A DNA stretch of 64,000 nucleotides, taken from Candidatus Ozemobacteraceae bacterium (lineage in GTDB: Bacteria; Muiribacteriota; Ozemobacteria; Ozemobacterales; Ozemobacteraceae). A model generated the notes under the pieces. It did no database searches and was not told where the DNA came from. It saw only the letters and a list, made by a program, of their open reading frames with translations. Shown here one piece after another: positions 9,760-19,419 of this stretch; positions within the stretch are counted from its first letter, which is position 1; every line of letters begins with the position of its first letter. The stretch lies in assembly GCA_965140445.1 (NCBI GenBank), contig OZ223236.1, forward strand, positions 2,368,001-2,432,000, read 5' to 3'. A program made the position numbers and the translations under genes.

Positions 9760-11496
9760 ATGGTAAAGCTTACAATAAATAATATGCCTGTTGAAGTTGA
9801 AGAGAATGCAACAATACTTCAGGCTGCTCATAAACTTGGAATCGATATTCCTACTCTCTGCCATAGATCCATAGAATGCTTTGACATCGAATCACGAACT
9901 GGTTCATGCCGCGTTTGTGTTGTAGAAGTTGAAGGCAGACATAATCTAGCTCCTTCTTGCTGCACTCCTGTTATGGAAGGCATGAAAGTTGTTACTCATT
10001 CTATGAGAGTAATCAATGCAAGAAGAACCATGCTTGATCTGATTCTTTCTGATCATCCAAAAGATTGTTTGACCTGTGAAAAGAATGGAAGCTGTATGCT
10101 CCAGGATCTTGCGGCAAAACTTGGTTTGCACCGAATTAAATATACTGGTCAGATGTCAAAATACAAAATCGATTTGGCAAACGAATCAATCGTTCGCGAT
10201 CTTGATAAATGTATTATGTGCCGCAGATGTGAAAATGCATGTAACGAAGTTCAGACTGTTGGAGTTTTGTCTGGTATTGGTCGCGGATTTGAAGCCGTGG
10301 TTGGACCAGCTGATCTCAGACCTTTATCTGAATCTAAATGTGTTTTCTGTGGCCAGTGTGTTACAGCCTGTCCGGTTGGAGCTTTGACTGAGCAGAATAA
10401 AACTTATGATGTATGGAAAGCAATCAACGATAAGTCTAAAACCGTTGTTGTTCAGACTGCACCTGCAGTAAGAGTGGCAATTGGCGAAGAATTTGGCATG
10501 GCTCCTGGTTCTATTGCAACAGGAAAAATGGTTACAGCTCTCAAAATGATGGGATTTGATAAAGTATTTGATACTGATTTTTCTGCTGATTTAACCATTA
10601 TGGAAGAAACTACAGAATTTGTTGCTCGTCTTACTAAAGGTGAGAATCTTCCAATTCTAACTTCATGTTGCCCTGGTTGGGTTAAGTTCTTTGAACATCA
10701 GTTCCAGGATCTTCTCCACATTCCATCTTCCTGTAAATCTCCACAGCAGATGTTTGGCGCTATTGCAAAAACTTATTATGCTGAAAAAATCGGCGTAAAA
10801 CCAGAAGATATGATCGTTGTTTCCGTAATGCCTTGTCTTGCTAAGAAATACGAAGCAGCAAGGGATGAATTTGCTGCTAGCGGCGCCAGAGATGTCGATC
10901 TTGTTATCTCTACCAGAGAACTTGCAGACATGATCAAAGAAGCAGGTATCGTTTTTGATTCACTCGATGAAGCTGAATATGATAACCCACTTGGAGAATC
11001 AACTGGTGCGGCAGTAATCTTTGGCGCAACTGGTGGTGTTCTTGAAGCAGCTCTTAGAACTGCAGCTGATTGGGTAACTGGTCAGGATCTGAAAGATATC
11101 GATTTTACAGCTGTTCGTGGTCTTAAAGGAATAAAAGAAGCAACTGTAAAAGTTGGTGACCTGGAAATTAATGCCGCAATCGCATCTGGTCTTGGAAATG
11201 CAAGAAAGCTTCTTGAAAAGATCAGATCAGGCGAAGCTAATTATCACATCATTGAAGTCATGGCATGTCCAGGCGGATGTTTAAATGGTGGTGGTCAGCC
11301 TTATGTTAAGTGTAATACCGACACCCTTCAGAAGCGTTTTGAAGCCATTTATACTGATGATAAAAATGCTAAGATCAGAAAATCTCATGAAAATCCAAGC
11401 ATTAAGAAATTATATGCTGAATTTCTGGGAGAACCTGGTAGCCATAAAGCTCATGAGCTTTTGCATACCAAATACACTGAAAGAGAAAACATCTAG
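9760..11496 (+). CDS. hydA: [FeFe] hydrogenase catalytic subunit (group A3, HydA/alpha)
   Basis: H-cluster motifs TSCCPGW, MPCLAKKYE, EVMACPGGCLNGGGQP; N-terminal 2Fe-2S, His-ligated 4Fe-4S and 2x4Fe-4S. Confidence 0.95.
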   Translation: MVKLTINNMPVEVEENATILQAAHKLGIDIPTLCHRSIECFDIESRTGSCRVCVVEVEGRHNLAPSCCTPVMEGMKVVTHSMRVINARRTMLDLILSDHPKDCLTCEKNGSCMLQDLAAKLGLHRIKYTGQMSKYKIDLANESIVRDLDKCIMCRRCENACNEVQTVGVLSGIGRGFEAVVGPADLRPLSESKCVFCGQCVTACPVGALTEQNKTYDVWKAINDKSKTVVVQTAPAVRVAIGEEFGMAPGSIATGKMVTALKMMGFDKVFDTDFSADLTIMEETTEFVARLTKGENLPILTSCCPGWVKFFEHQFQDLLHIPSSCKSPQQMFGAIAKTYYAEKIGVKPEDMIVVSVMPCLAKKYEAARDEFAASGARDVDLVISTRELADMIKEAGIVFDSLDEAEYDNPLGESTGAAVIFGATGGVLEAALRTAADWVTGQDLKDIDFTAVRGLKGIKEATVKVGDLEINAAIASGLGNARKLLEKIRSGEANYHIIEVMACPGGCLNGGGQPYVKCNTDTLQKRFEAIYTDDKNAKIRKSHENPSIKKLYAEFLGEPGSHKAHELLHTKYTERENI

Positions 11497-11517
11497 TTTC
11501 TTTTAAAGTTATAAACT

Positions 11518-11558
11518 AAAATCCCCGCTCACAAAATGGTGTGAGCGGGGATTTTTTT
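11518..11558 (+). terminator. Intrinsic terminator of the hyd operon
   Basis: AAAATCCCCGCTCACA / TGTGAGCGGGGATTTT followed by a T run. Confidence 0.85.
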
Positions 11559-11642
11559 ATGCCTCAGAAATCAGTTTTATCAGATAGCTCTTTTATGAAG
11601 GTAAATTTTACATTATGAAATAAGGAGGAGTTAATTTTCCAT

Positions 11643-11681
11643 AAAAAAAGTGGCCTGCATTTCTGCAAGCCACTTTTTTTT
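11643..11681 (-). terminator. Intrinsic terminator of pilC paralog 1
   Basis: A7-GTGGC..GCCAC-T8 hairpin. Confidence 0.7.
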
Positions 11682-11695
11682 GTGAGTCTGTTAAA

Positions 11696-12901
11696 TCAGC
11701 TGGCGTTAACTAGTTTAAGCATAGGCATGAAAACCGCGAGAACAATACCCCCGATGATTACACCCATGAACACGATAACGATCGGCTCGATGATTGAAGT
11801 TAGACCTTTAACTGCCGTATCTACTTCTGAATCATAAAAGTCAGCAATTTTTGATAACATCTTATCAAGTTCACCCGTTTCTTCTCCAACCGCGATCATC
11901 TGAACAACCATCGGTGGGAAAACGCCTGAAGCTTTCAATGGATCGGCGATAGATTCACCTTCACGAATTGAAATACGGGTTTTATCAACCGCTTCCGCGA
12001 TAACAACGTTACCAGCTGTCTGGGCTGTAACTTCAAGTGCCTGAAGAATAGGAACACCAGAAGCAATAAGAGTTCCAAGAGTTCTGGTAAATTTGGCAAC
12101 CGCAACCTTTCTCATCATCATACCAATAGCTGGCATACGAAGAATGTTGGTGTCAAAAATTCGGGCGCCAGTTTTGGTCTGGAAAAAGTTCCATACCAGA
12201 ATTGGGACTGCGAACATACCAGGAATAATGATAAACCACCAGTTAAGCATGAAATCCGAGGTTGCAAGAAGAGCCTTTGTTGCAAATGGCAATTCAACGT
12301 TCATACCCATGAAGATTTCTTTGAACTGAGGAAGAACGAACATAACAAGAGCAACAACAACAAGTCCGGCGATACCAAAAACAACAACCGGATATGTCAA
12401 AGCGCCTTTAACTTTTGATTTAAGGCTTTCTGAGCTTTCAAGGTAATCTGCAAGTCTTTCAAGAATTGAATCAAGAATACCACCGACTTCGCCGGCCTTG
12501 ACCAAACTACAGAAAAGATCAGAAAAAACTTTTGGATGTTTTTCCAGAGATTTTGAAAATGTCGAACCGCCTTCAACATCAGTTCTGATTTGAGAAATGA
12601 TTTTTTTGAAGGTTGGGTTATCGGCCTGAGCCTGAAGGATTGTCAGACACCTTACAAGAGGAACGCCTGAACCAATCATTGTCGCAAACTGTCTTGCGAA
12701 GATACATACTTCGGTTGAAGAAACACCACGTTGTAAAAAGGTGAGCTGAATGCCTCCGCCGCCTTTTTTCTCGTTTATACTGGTTACGAAGTAGCCTTTC
12801 TCACGCAACTTGGCAATACAAACTTCTTTGCTATCGCCTTCCATTTCGGAAGAAACTATCTTTCCGTCCCAGTTCCTTGCCTTGTAACTAAAGGTAGGCA
12901 T
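11696..12901 (-). CDS. pilC: Type IV pilus/T2SS inner-membrane platform protein (PilC/GspF), paralog 1
   Basis: FARQFATMIGSGVPL, AGEVGG.LD..L.RLA, ALTYP, GEETGELD.ML.KIADFY, IIEP; SD GGAGGGTGA. Confidence 0.92.
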   Translation of the reverse strand: MPTFSYKARNWDGKIVSSEMEGDSKEVCIAKLREKGYFVTSINEKKGGGGIQLTFLQRGVSSTEVCIFARQFATMIGSGVPLVRCLTILQAQADNPTFKKIISQIRTDVEGGSTFSKSLEKHPKVFSDLFCSLVKAGEVGGILDSILERLADYLESSESLKSKVKGALTYPVVVFGIAGLVVVALVMFVLPQFKEIFMGMNVELPFATKALLATSDFMLNWWFIIIPGMFAVPILVWNFFQTKTGARIFDTNILRMPAIGMMMRKVAVAKFTRTLGTLIASGVPILQALEVTAQTAGNVVIAEAVDKTRISIREGESIADPLKASGVFPPMVVQMIAVGEETGELDKMLSKIADFYDSEVDTAVKGLTSIIEPIVIVFMGVIIGGIVLAVFMPMLKLVNAS

Positions 12902-13083
12902 AAATCACCCTCCTTGTGGATGTCGATGATATTAAAAATCTTAGTTAAACTATTTAATGAGTTAGAACAAAAACTATATCATACTTTAAGTATAAAACGA
13001 ATCGGTAAATACCAGCAAATTTTTAATGGAAAATATAGACTAAGTTTCTGGACAGACAAAAAGCTTTAAGGTAGCATTGAGGC

Positions 13084-15225
13084 ATGAAAACATTGGTCGT
13101 TGCAGAAAAACCCTCTGTAGGAAAGGATATTGCTCGTATCCTGAAAGCTAATCAGAGAGGAAAAGGCTTTCTTGAGGGTAAAGATTATATTATTACCTGG
13201 GGTTTTGGGCACCTCGTTTCATTAGCTCATCCCGAAATGCAGAACCCTGCATGGAAAAGATGGACGTTAGAAAGCCTTCCCATGTTGCCAAAAGACTGGA
13301 AGCTAACGGTTCTTCCTTCATCAAAAGAGCAGTTTCAAGTTGTTGCCGAGCTAATGATGCGTCCCGATGTTGGAAGCCTTATAAATGCAGCCGATGCTGG
13401 CCGCGAAGGTGAATTAATTTTCCGTTTAATGTACATTCATGCAGGATGTAATAAACCCTTTAAGAGGCTTTGGATCTCTAGTATGACAGACGAGGCCATT
13501 GAGGCAGGTTTTGCGGATTTACGACCTGGGGAAAAATACGACCCTCTTGCAGCTGCCGCCGTTTGCAGGAGTCGTGCTGACTGGTTGGTTGGAATGAACC
13601 TTACCAGAGGATATACTAAAAAGTTTAATAATATGCTGACAGTTGGACGTGTTCAAACTCCAACTCTGGCAATGCTTGTCGGGCGGCATTTGGAAATTGA
13701 GAACTTTGTCGCAAAAGATTATTATGAGATCCAGGCGGATTTTGGCGATTTTAAAGGCACATGGTTTGATCCTAAAGCAGATGAATACCCATTTAGGATT
13801 GATGATCTTGAAAAAGCAACAGCCCTCGCAGATTCTTTCAAGGGTTTAACTGCCAAAGTTAAATCCGCCAAGAAAACCAAGAAAAAACAGGCTCCGCCTT
13901 TTTTGTATGATTTAACAACTTTACAACGTGATGCCAACAGCCGGTATGGGATGACCGCCGCTGATACTTTATCTGTATTACAGGGATTATATGAGAAGAG
14001 AAAGGTTCTTACCTACCCGAGAACGGATAGCAGATACCTGTCGGATGATATTTTTCCAACAATTCCCAGAAGATTGGCAGCGATTCCTGGAGAATATGAT
14101 TGTTTCCTTGAGCATTTAAGGCAGAACAAGCCCAAGAAAGACAAAAGAATTTTTAATGACAAGAAAGTTTCTGACCACCATGCAATTATTCCTACAGAAA
14201 AAAACGTTGTGGATACCAATGGCTGGAGACCTTCAGAGATAAATATTTATGATCTTGTAGTTCGAAGATTTTTGGCGGTTTTCTACCCTGATCACCAATA
14301 TCTTTCTACAACGCTGATTATGGAAGCTGATAAAAATCAGTTTAAAACTACAGGTAAGGTTGTTACCGATGAAGGTTGGCGTGTGATCTACGCTCGTAAA
14401 TCTTCTTCTGGAAAGGCGTCGCAAACTGACGGTGAAAGTTCGGATTCTGGCCAGGACGACGATAATGATCAAACCCTTCCAGAACTCAAAAAGGGAGATT
14501 CAAGAGAGATATTAAACTCAGAACTCCTTTCAAAGAAAACTAAACCCCCATCTGCATATACTGAATCTACTCTCCTTCAAGCCATGGAAACAGCAGGAAA
14601 GCTGGTTGATGATGAAGAACTCAGGGATGCCATGAAAGACAGCGGTCTTGGCACACCGGCCACCAGAGCAGAGATTATTGAAAAACTTATCAGAGTTGGC
14701 TATATGAATCGCGATAAGAAGAAATTAATACCAACTCCAAAGGGTATTCAATTGATTTCACTGGTTGGACCTGAAATCAAAAGTGCTGAATTAACAGGAC
14801 AATGGGAAAAAAGACTGTCTGATATAGCTAAAAGTGCAGACAGTGATGTTAATTTTATGCAGGACATTTCAGAGTTTGTTTCCAAGGCAGTTTTGTCCAT
14901 CAAATCAGGAAGATACGGACAGGTAAATCGCGCAAAACTTAAGACGCCAAGGCCTACTTTTGGCAAATGCCCTGCTTGTGGCCTCGGAGAAATAATTGAA
15001 GGGCAGCGCGGTTTTGGATGCAACAGATTTAAAGAAGGCTGTAGCTATGTTGTCTGGAAAGAATTTTTTGGTAAAAAGCTTAGCCAGGCAAACATTGATG
15101 GGCTGATTGCAGGAAAACCAACCAAATCATTAAAGGGTTTTGTTCTTGACGATGGCTCCAAAGTTTCTGGAGTCATAAGAATGAAGGAAGACAAGACGGG
15201 TATAGAACTTATCGTTGACGAGTAA
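13084..15225 (+). CDS. topB: DNA topoisomerase III (type IA)
   Basis: AEKPS, DAGREGE, GRVQTPT, active site TYPRTDS, GLGTPATRA, C-terminal Zn ribbon. Confidence 0.92.
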   Translation: MKTLVVAEKPSVGKDIARILKANQRGKGFLEGKDYIITWGFGHLVSLAHPEMQNPAWKRWTLESLPMLPKDWKLTVLPSSKEQFQVVAELMMRPDVGSLINAADAGREGELIFRLMYIHAGCNKPFKRLWISSMTDEAIEAGFADLRPGEKYDPLAAAAVCRSRADWLVGMNLTRGYTKKFNNMLTVGRVQTPTLAMLVGRHLEIENFVAKDYYEIQADFGDFKGTWFDPKADEYPFRIDDLEKATALADSFKGLTAKVKSAKKTKKKQAPPFLYDLTTLQRDANSRYGMTAADTLSVLQGLYEKRKVLTYPRTDSRYLSDDIFPTIPRRLAAIPGEYDCFLEHLRQNKPKKDKRIFNDKKVSDHHAIIPTEKNVVDTNGWRPSEINIYDLVVRRFLAVFYPDHQYLSTTLIMEADKNQFKTTGKVVTDEGWRVIYARKSSSGKASQTDGESSDSGQDDDNDQTLPELKKGDSREILNSELLSKKTKPPSAYTESTLLQAMETAGKLVDDEELRDAMKDSGLGTPATRAEIIEKLIRVGYMNRDKKKLIPTPKGIQLISLVGPEIKSAELTGQWEKRLSDIAKSADSDVNFMQDISEFVSKAVLSIKSGRYGQVNRAKLKTPRPTFGKCPACGLGEIIEGQRGFGCNRFKEGCSYVVWKEFFGKKLSQANIDGLIAGKPTKSLKGFVLDDGSKVSGVIRMKEDKTGIELIVDE

Positions 15226-15236
15226 AATACCTGCCC

Positions 15237-15974
15237 TTATTTGAACAGGGTTCCCGCGAAATGAATCTCACCCTTTTCGAAGGTAAGTGCATCAATTGAT
15301 GAGGAAAAGTCTGCTCCGGCAAAATCCCATAATGGGTTTAACCAGCCATGAAGCTGTTGTCTCAGGCTATCAGTGATGGGTTGGCCATTTAGTTGTCCGT
15401 CTAAAATTTCAATTGTTAAACTTTCTGAAGAAGCCTGCACTTTAACATTTACATTGAAAGGCGCGGGGGCAGGGGATAAAAATGCCATGAAGTTGCCAGG
15501 AATTTTGTCTAATTTAACTTTGCCCTGAATGTTGGACGAGTTTTTATCTATTTGAATTTTTACATCTGAAAAAATCCGATATTCCGGCCTTAATCTTGTA
15601 ATTTCTCTATCAATTAATTTTTGAATCTCTGTTTGAGTTATAAAACCAGAAGCTTCAAGCCAGAAGCTTTCTTTATAATTAAAGAATGAGAGCTGATTTT
15701 GGATAGATTTTTTTATTGTTCTTTCATTCAAATTGTGAATAGAAACATTACATTTGGCAATTTCAAAATTTTCAAAGGTTTTGCCGTCAAGTGTAACATC
15801 TAAAGGATTCAATTTTTCTTTGTTTACTAAGTGGAGGAGCTGTGAAAGAACTTTTCTGATGATTTTTCGAGTATGTTTTAGTCTTCTGGGACTCATTTCT
15901 AATGCTGAAGATGGTAAAGTGCAAAAAAGGGAAAGAGCCAAAAAAACTAAGAGCGGTTTGGTAAAGCGTTTCAA
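15237..15974 (-). CDS. Hypothetical exported protein (possibly DUF2993/LmeA-like)
   Basis: Long ORF; signal-peptide-like N-terminus if started at TTG 15974 after GCGGGG (ORF track starts it at 16028). Confidence 0.55.
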   Translation of the reverse strand: MKRFTKPLLVFLALSLFCTLPSSALEMSPRRLKHTRKIIRKVLSQLLHLVNKEKLNPLDVTLDGKTFENFEIAKCNVSIHNLNERTIKKSIQNQLSFFNYKESFWLEASGFITQTEIQKLIDREITRLRPEYRIFSDVKIQIDKNSSNIQGKVKLDKIPGNFMAFLSPAPAPFNVNVKVQASSESLTIEILDGQLNGQPITDSLRQQLHGWLNPLWDFAGADFSSSIDALTFEKGEIHFAGTLFK

Positions 15975-16052
15975 AATAAACCCCGCATAATAAATTTGTT
16001 TACTAAGTATACCTGACTTTACACGCAAAGCAAAATAAAGTAAGCTTTCCCA

Positions 16053-18254
16053 ATGGATTTGGCCTATAGATTGATTTTATACATATTAATTGGAAATGTC
16101 GGCTACATGATTCTTTCCCTTTCAAAAAAGGGATTTAAGAATTATTCAGGATATATCTCCCAGTTATTTTTTCTGTTGTGCTTAATGATAGTTCTGGTTG
16201 CCAAAGATGTTGGCGGAGGATTGGCCTTAAGCATATCTTTTGGCGGGATTTTTCTTTTGGTAATTCTTCCCATGTTTTTACAGAGGCAGATAGATGTTCT
16301 GGTCGCTGAAAACCGGCTTAACGAAATAGAATTTCTTGCAAGAATGAAGGCAAACCTTGCCTGGAGTGAGCTTAACGCTCATCTGCATAGAATTGCTGAG
16401 ATCACAAGCGAGATTGAAGAAGAGCAAAATACTGTAGTAGATAATTTGCGAAGTCTCCTTGGAAAAGGGCAACCTTTTGATGAAATGACAAGAGTTTTTC
16501 TGGGATTAATTCATTTTAACCAGAGAAATTTTAGTTTCATTATTCAGGATCTCATAGAAGAAGGCAAACCCTACGGGGAATATACTTTTGAAGAACAGCT
16601 TTATCTGGTTCGAGCTTTTTTAGAAACTGGTGACTATGAAAGAGCGGCAGAGGTGCAGTTAGCACTTGAAGCAAACCTCAACGGAGATGATTTTTCAGAA
16701 GAAAAGCGAGCAAATCTTGTCATTAGCAGAATGATTTTCTTTGCTTTTATGGGGTGGCTGGATGAGTTTGAAAATTTACTCAAATCTGGTGAATCAGGTA
16801 TAGAAAGACTTCCGCCTCCATTGATTGATTTCTGGACTGGAATTGCGCGATTTAATTCTGGAGATTTCGTTACTGGCGAGAAAATTATGGCACACGTAAT
16901 TTCCCAAAATGCAGTTGAAGGAAACGAGATGTGGCTCCCATTTATGCGTCAGAGGTATCATGGCTTGTTAGATAATAAGGAGCTGCTTTCCGAAAAACTT
17001 TTACCAATTTTAAAGGAATTAAATAAGAAATATAGCCAGCAAATTGTTGCTACAGCTGAAGCAAGTGTAACAAGTATACCTGTTATTGAACTGAAAGAGC
17101 AGGTTACAAACATTTTAACCTGGTTAACCATGATTGTTTCTGTTTCACTAATCATGGCCAGAAATATGGAAGATGTTGTTAATTTGGTTGCCATGGGAGC
17201 AAACAGCTCTTATCTGGTAAATCTTGGGCAGTATTACAGGCTATTTACCTACCAATTTATTCATATAGGCTGGACCCATCTTTTGATGAATTTATTTGCT
17301 TTGAAATTTTTTGGTCCGCCTGTTGAAACTGTAACTGGATGGCCAATTTTCCTGGGAATCTATTTTTTCTCTGGAGTTTGTGGTGGTCTTGCAGCTGTTG
17401 TTTACGGCCAGGCTCTTTCTGTTGGTGCATCCGCAGCTGTTCTTGGGCTTTTGTCTGCGGCAATTGTGCTTCAATTATTCAGAGTTAAAGGCTCAGGAAT
17501 TCTGGTCCAAAAAAGTAACTTTTCAACATTGATGTTTATTCTCTTTTTAAACCTAATGGTTGGTTTAGTTGAAAAAGGCGTAGACAATAGTGCGCATCTT
17601 GGTGGACTGGCCGGTGGGGCTGTTTTTGGCCTTCTACTTGCAGTAATATTAAACTTTCAGAAGTTAAAAAAAGCTTTTGAGATCTTTGTGATTATCTCAC
17701 TCGTTTCCTTAACTGGTTTTAGTTTGTTTCAGGGATACAAATATAGTGGTGAGTTACAATACCCGAATGGCGTTTCTATTTTTAGAGAAGTGACTAATGC
17801 ATCCGGAACTCTTGAAATAATGCTTCCAGATGGGTGGGTGGTTGAAAATGCTTCTGCACCAATGGAAACTCAAGGTTTTTCTGCTACAGGCCCCTTTAAA
17901 GAACGAATGAATGTTCTTATAGGTCTGAACACCGAGAAGGTTGAAACTTTTCTAAATGATTTTGTTAAACGAAAGACAAGCTCATTTGAAAGTATGTCTG
18001 ACCTGAAATTTATTTCACGTAAAGGTCCTGCTAAGAATCCTGGTCGAAGCGAAGATACATATCGAATTCGATGGGCTGTAACTGCTGATGGGAGGCCTTT
18101 GGCCGAGGTGGATTATTTAATGTTTGAGCGTGATCTGTTTTGCCTGGTTCAATTTTTTGTGGGCACAGAGCATACACAAGAATACAAGAAAAGTATGGAT
18201 ATAATTGTTAATTCAATCAAATTTAAAAATTCACTTTCGCTATGGAGTGACTAA
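16053..18254 (+). CDS. Multidomain rhomboid intramembrane serine protease
   Basis: YYRLFT, HIG..HLLMN, catalytic Ser in VGASA, His in SAHLGG; extra N-terminal TM/TPR-like region and C-terminal soluble domain. Confidence 0.85.
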   Translation: MDLAYRLILYILIGNVGYMILSLSKKGFKNYSGYISQLFFLLCLMIVLVAKDVGGGLALSISFGGIFLLVILPMFLQRQIDVLVAENRLNEIEFLARMKANLAWSELNAHLHRIAEITSEIEEEQNTVVDNLRSLLGKGQPFDEMTRVFLGLIHFNQRNFSFIIQDLIEEGKPYGEYTFEEQLYLVRAFLETGDYERAAEVQLALEANLNGDDFSEEKRANLVISRMIFFAFMGWLDEFENLLKSGESGIERLPPPLIDFWTGIARFNSGDFVTGEKIMAHVISQNAVEGNEMWLPFMRQRYHGLLDNKELLSEKLLPILKELNKKYSQQIVATAEASVTSIPVIELKEQVTNILTWLTMIVSVSLIMARNMEDVVNLVAMGANSSYLVNLGQYYRLFTYQFIHIGWTHLLMNLFALKFFGPPVETVTGWPIFLGIYFFSGVCGGLAAVVYGQALSVGASAAVLGLLSAAIVLQLFRVKGSGILVQKSNFSTLMFILFLNLMVGLVEKGVDNSAHLGGLAGGAVFGLLLAVILNFQKLKKAFEIFVIISLVSLTGFSLFQGYKYSGELQYPNGVSIFREVTNASGTLEIMLPDGWVVENASAPMETQGFSATGPFKERMNVLIGLNTEKVETFLNDFVKRKTSSFESMSDLKFISRKGPAKNPGRSEDTYRIRWAVTADGRPLAEVDYLMFERDLFCLVQFFVGTEHTQEYKKSMDIIVNSIKFKNSLSLWSD

Positions 18255-18359
18255 ACAGAAAAAAATTGTGCACAAATTTGCTAAACCTTCTTGAAAAACT
18301 CTTACGAAAGTTATACATTCCATATCATAGAAATCAAATCTATAGGGGGCATACATTTC

Positions 18360-19073
18360 ATGAGGACAAAAAGATTTATAGTCCTGTTTCTAATGGTCGC
18401 TATTTTAATGCCATTTTCAGCTTTTGCCAAAAGTAAATGGACTGATTGGTGGAAACCTGGAGAGTGGTTCGGCAAAAAGGGTCGTTCAACTACAGTAACA
18501 GGAATTATTGATTCAGTTGCAGACAAAAAGGTTATGTTCAAGACACTTGATGGCCAGATGTTGCAACTTATCGGCGAAAAAGCTGAAAAGGTTGGAGAAA
18601 ATAGAAGTGTAAAAATCAGAGTTTTTGGAAACGTTCAGAAACCTGATCAGAAATATACTTCTGGTGCAATTCAGGTTAGAAGTTATAGGGTTTTGGAAGA
18701 AGTTGATGCTGTTGAACCTGTAACCACTGATACAACTACTCCTGAACCAATTGCAGAACCAGAACCAATTATGGAACCGGAACCATATCTTGAGCCAGAG
18801 CCAGTTGTAACTCCAGAACCTTATCCAGAACCAGCTCCAATGGCAGTTCCTGCAGATGAAATTGCAGAACCAGAACCAATGGTTAATGAAGAGCCAGAAG
18901 CTACTGAGCCAGAATATACTGAATACAAAGTAATGTCCGGTGACACACTTGGTAAAATCAGTAAAAAGAATTATGGCACAACAGCTAACTGGAAAAAAAT
19001 TGCTGAATATAATGGAATTAACAACCCAAGATCATTAAAGGTTGGAATGACTATTAAAATACCAAAAGATTAA
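18360..19073 (+). CDS. Exported LysM peptidoglycan-binding protein with Glu-Pro-rich linker
   Basis: Signal peptide ending SAFA, OB-like N domain, (EP)n tract, C-terminal Y.V..GDTL..IS...YG....W..IA..N...NP..L.VG..I.IP. Confidence 0.88.
   Translation: MRTKRFIVLFLMVAILMPFSAFAKSKWTDWWKPGEWFGKKGRSTTVTGIIDSVADKKVMFKTLDGQMLQLIGEKAEKVGENRSVKIRVFGNVQKPDQKYTSGAIQVRSYRVLEEVDAVEPVTTDTTTPEPIAEPEPIMEPEPYLEPEPVVTPEPYPEPAPMAVPADEIAEPEPMVNEEPEATEPEYTEYKVMSGDTLGKISKKNYGTTANWKKIAEYNGINNPRSLKVGMTIKIPKD
18749..18880 (+). repeat. 21-bp direct repeat within the EP-rich linker
   Basis: AATTGCAGAACCAGAACCAAT at 18749-18769 and 18860-18880 (IAEPEP). Confidence 0.8.
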
Positions 19074-19171
19074 GTTCTGTGGTGTTAAAGTAGGAAATAA
19101 TTTGGAAACCATAAAGAATTATGGTATTTTCCATACAATTAATTCTTGATTGAAATTCTCAGGAGGAATAA

Positions 19172-19348
19172 ATGAAGAACATTGATATGTCTATTGAGGG
19201 CAACATCCTCACTCTTAAAGTTGATTTATCCAAAGATTTTGGAACATCTTCATCTGGCAAGTCTATTATAATTGCTACAAGCGAAGGCAACTATGCTTTA
19301 CCTGGCCGTGAAGAAAAAGTTGGTTTAAACGTTTACAGAAAAAAATAG
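19172..19348 (+). CDS. 58-aa small protein missing from the ORF track
   Basis: SD AGGAGG; MKNIDMSIEGNILTLKVDLSKDFGTSSSGKSIIIATSEGNYALPGREEKVGLNVYRKK; followed by its own terminator. Confidence 0.85.
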   Translation: MKNIDMSIEGNILTLKVDLSKDFGTSSSGKSIIIATSEGNYALPGREEKVGLNVYRKK

Positions 19349-19361
19349 TTTTAATCAAATA

Positions 19362-19403
19362 AAGCTGTGCAACTCTCTGTAGGGTTGCACAGCTTATTTT
19401 TTT
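19362..19403 (+). terminator. Intrinsic terminator
   Basis: AAGCTGTGCAACTCT-ctgt-AGGGTTGCACAGCTT followed by a T run. Confidence 0.8.
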
Positions 19404-19419
19404 ACCGGGGAAGTTTAAA

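Noticed and set aside
18266..18283. Second Rex site (TTGTGCACAA) upstream of LysM
   Set aside because: The palindrome lacks the 18-bp Rex geometry
18730..18920. CRISPR-like repeats (GAACCAGAACC)
   Set aside because: In-frame Glu-Pro coding repeats with irregular spacing; no cas genes
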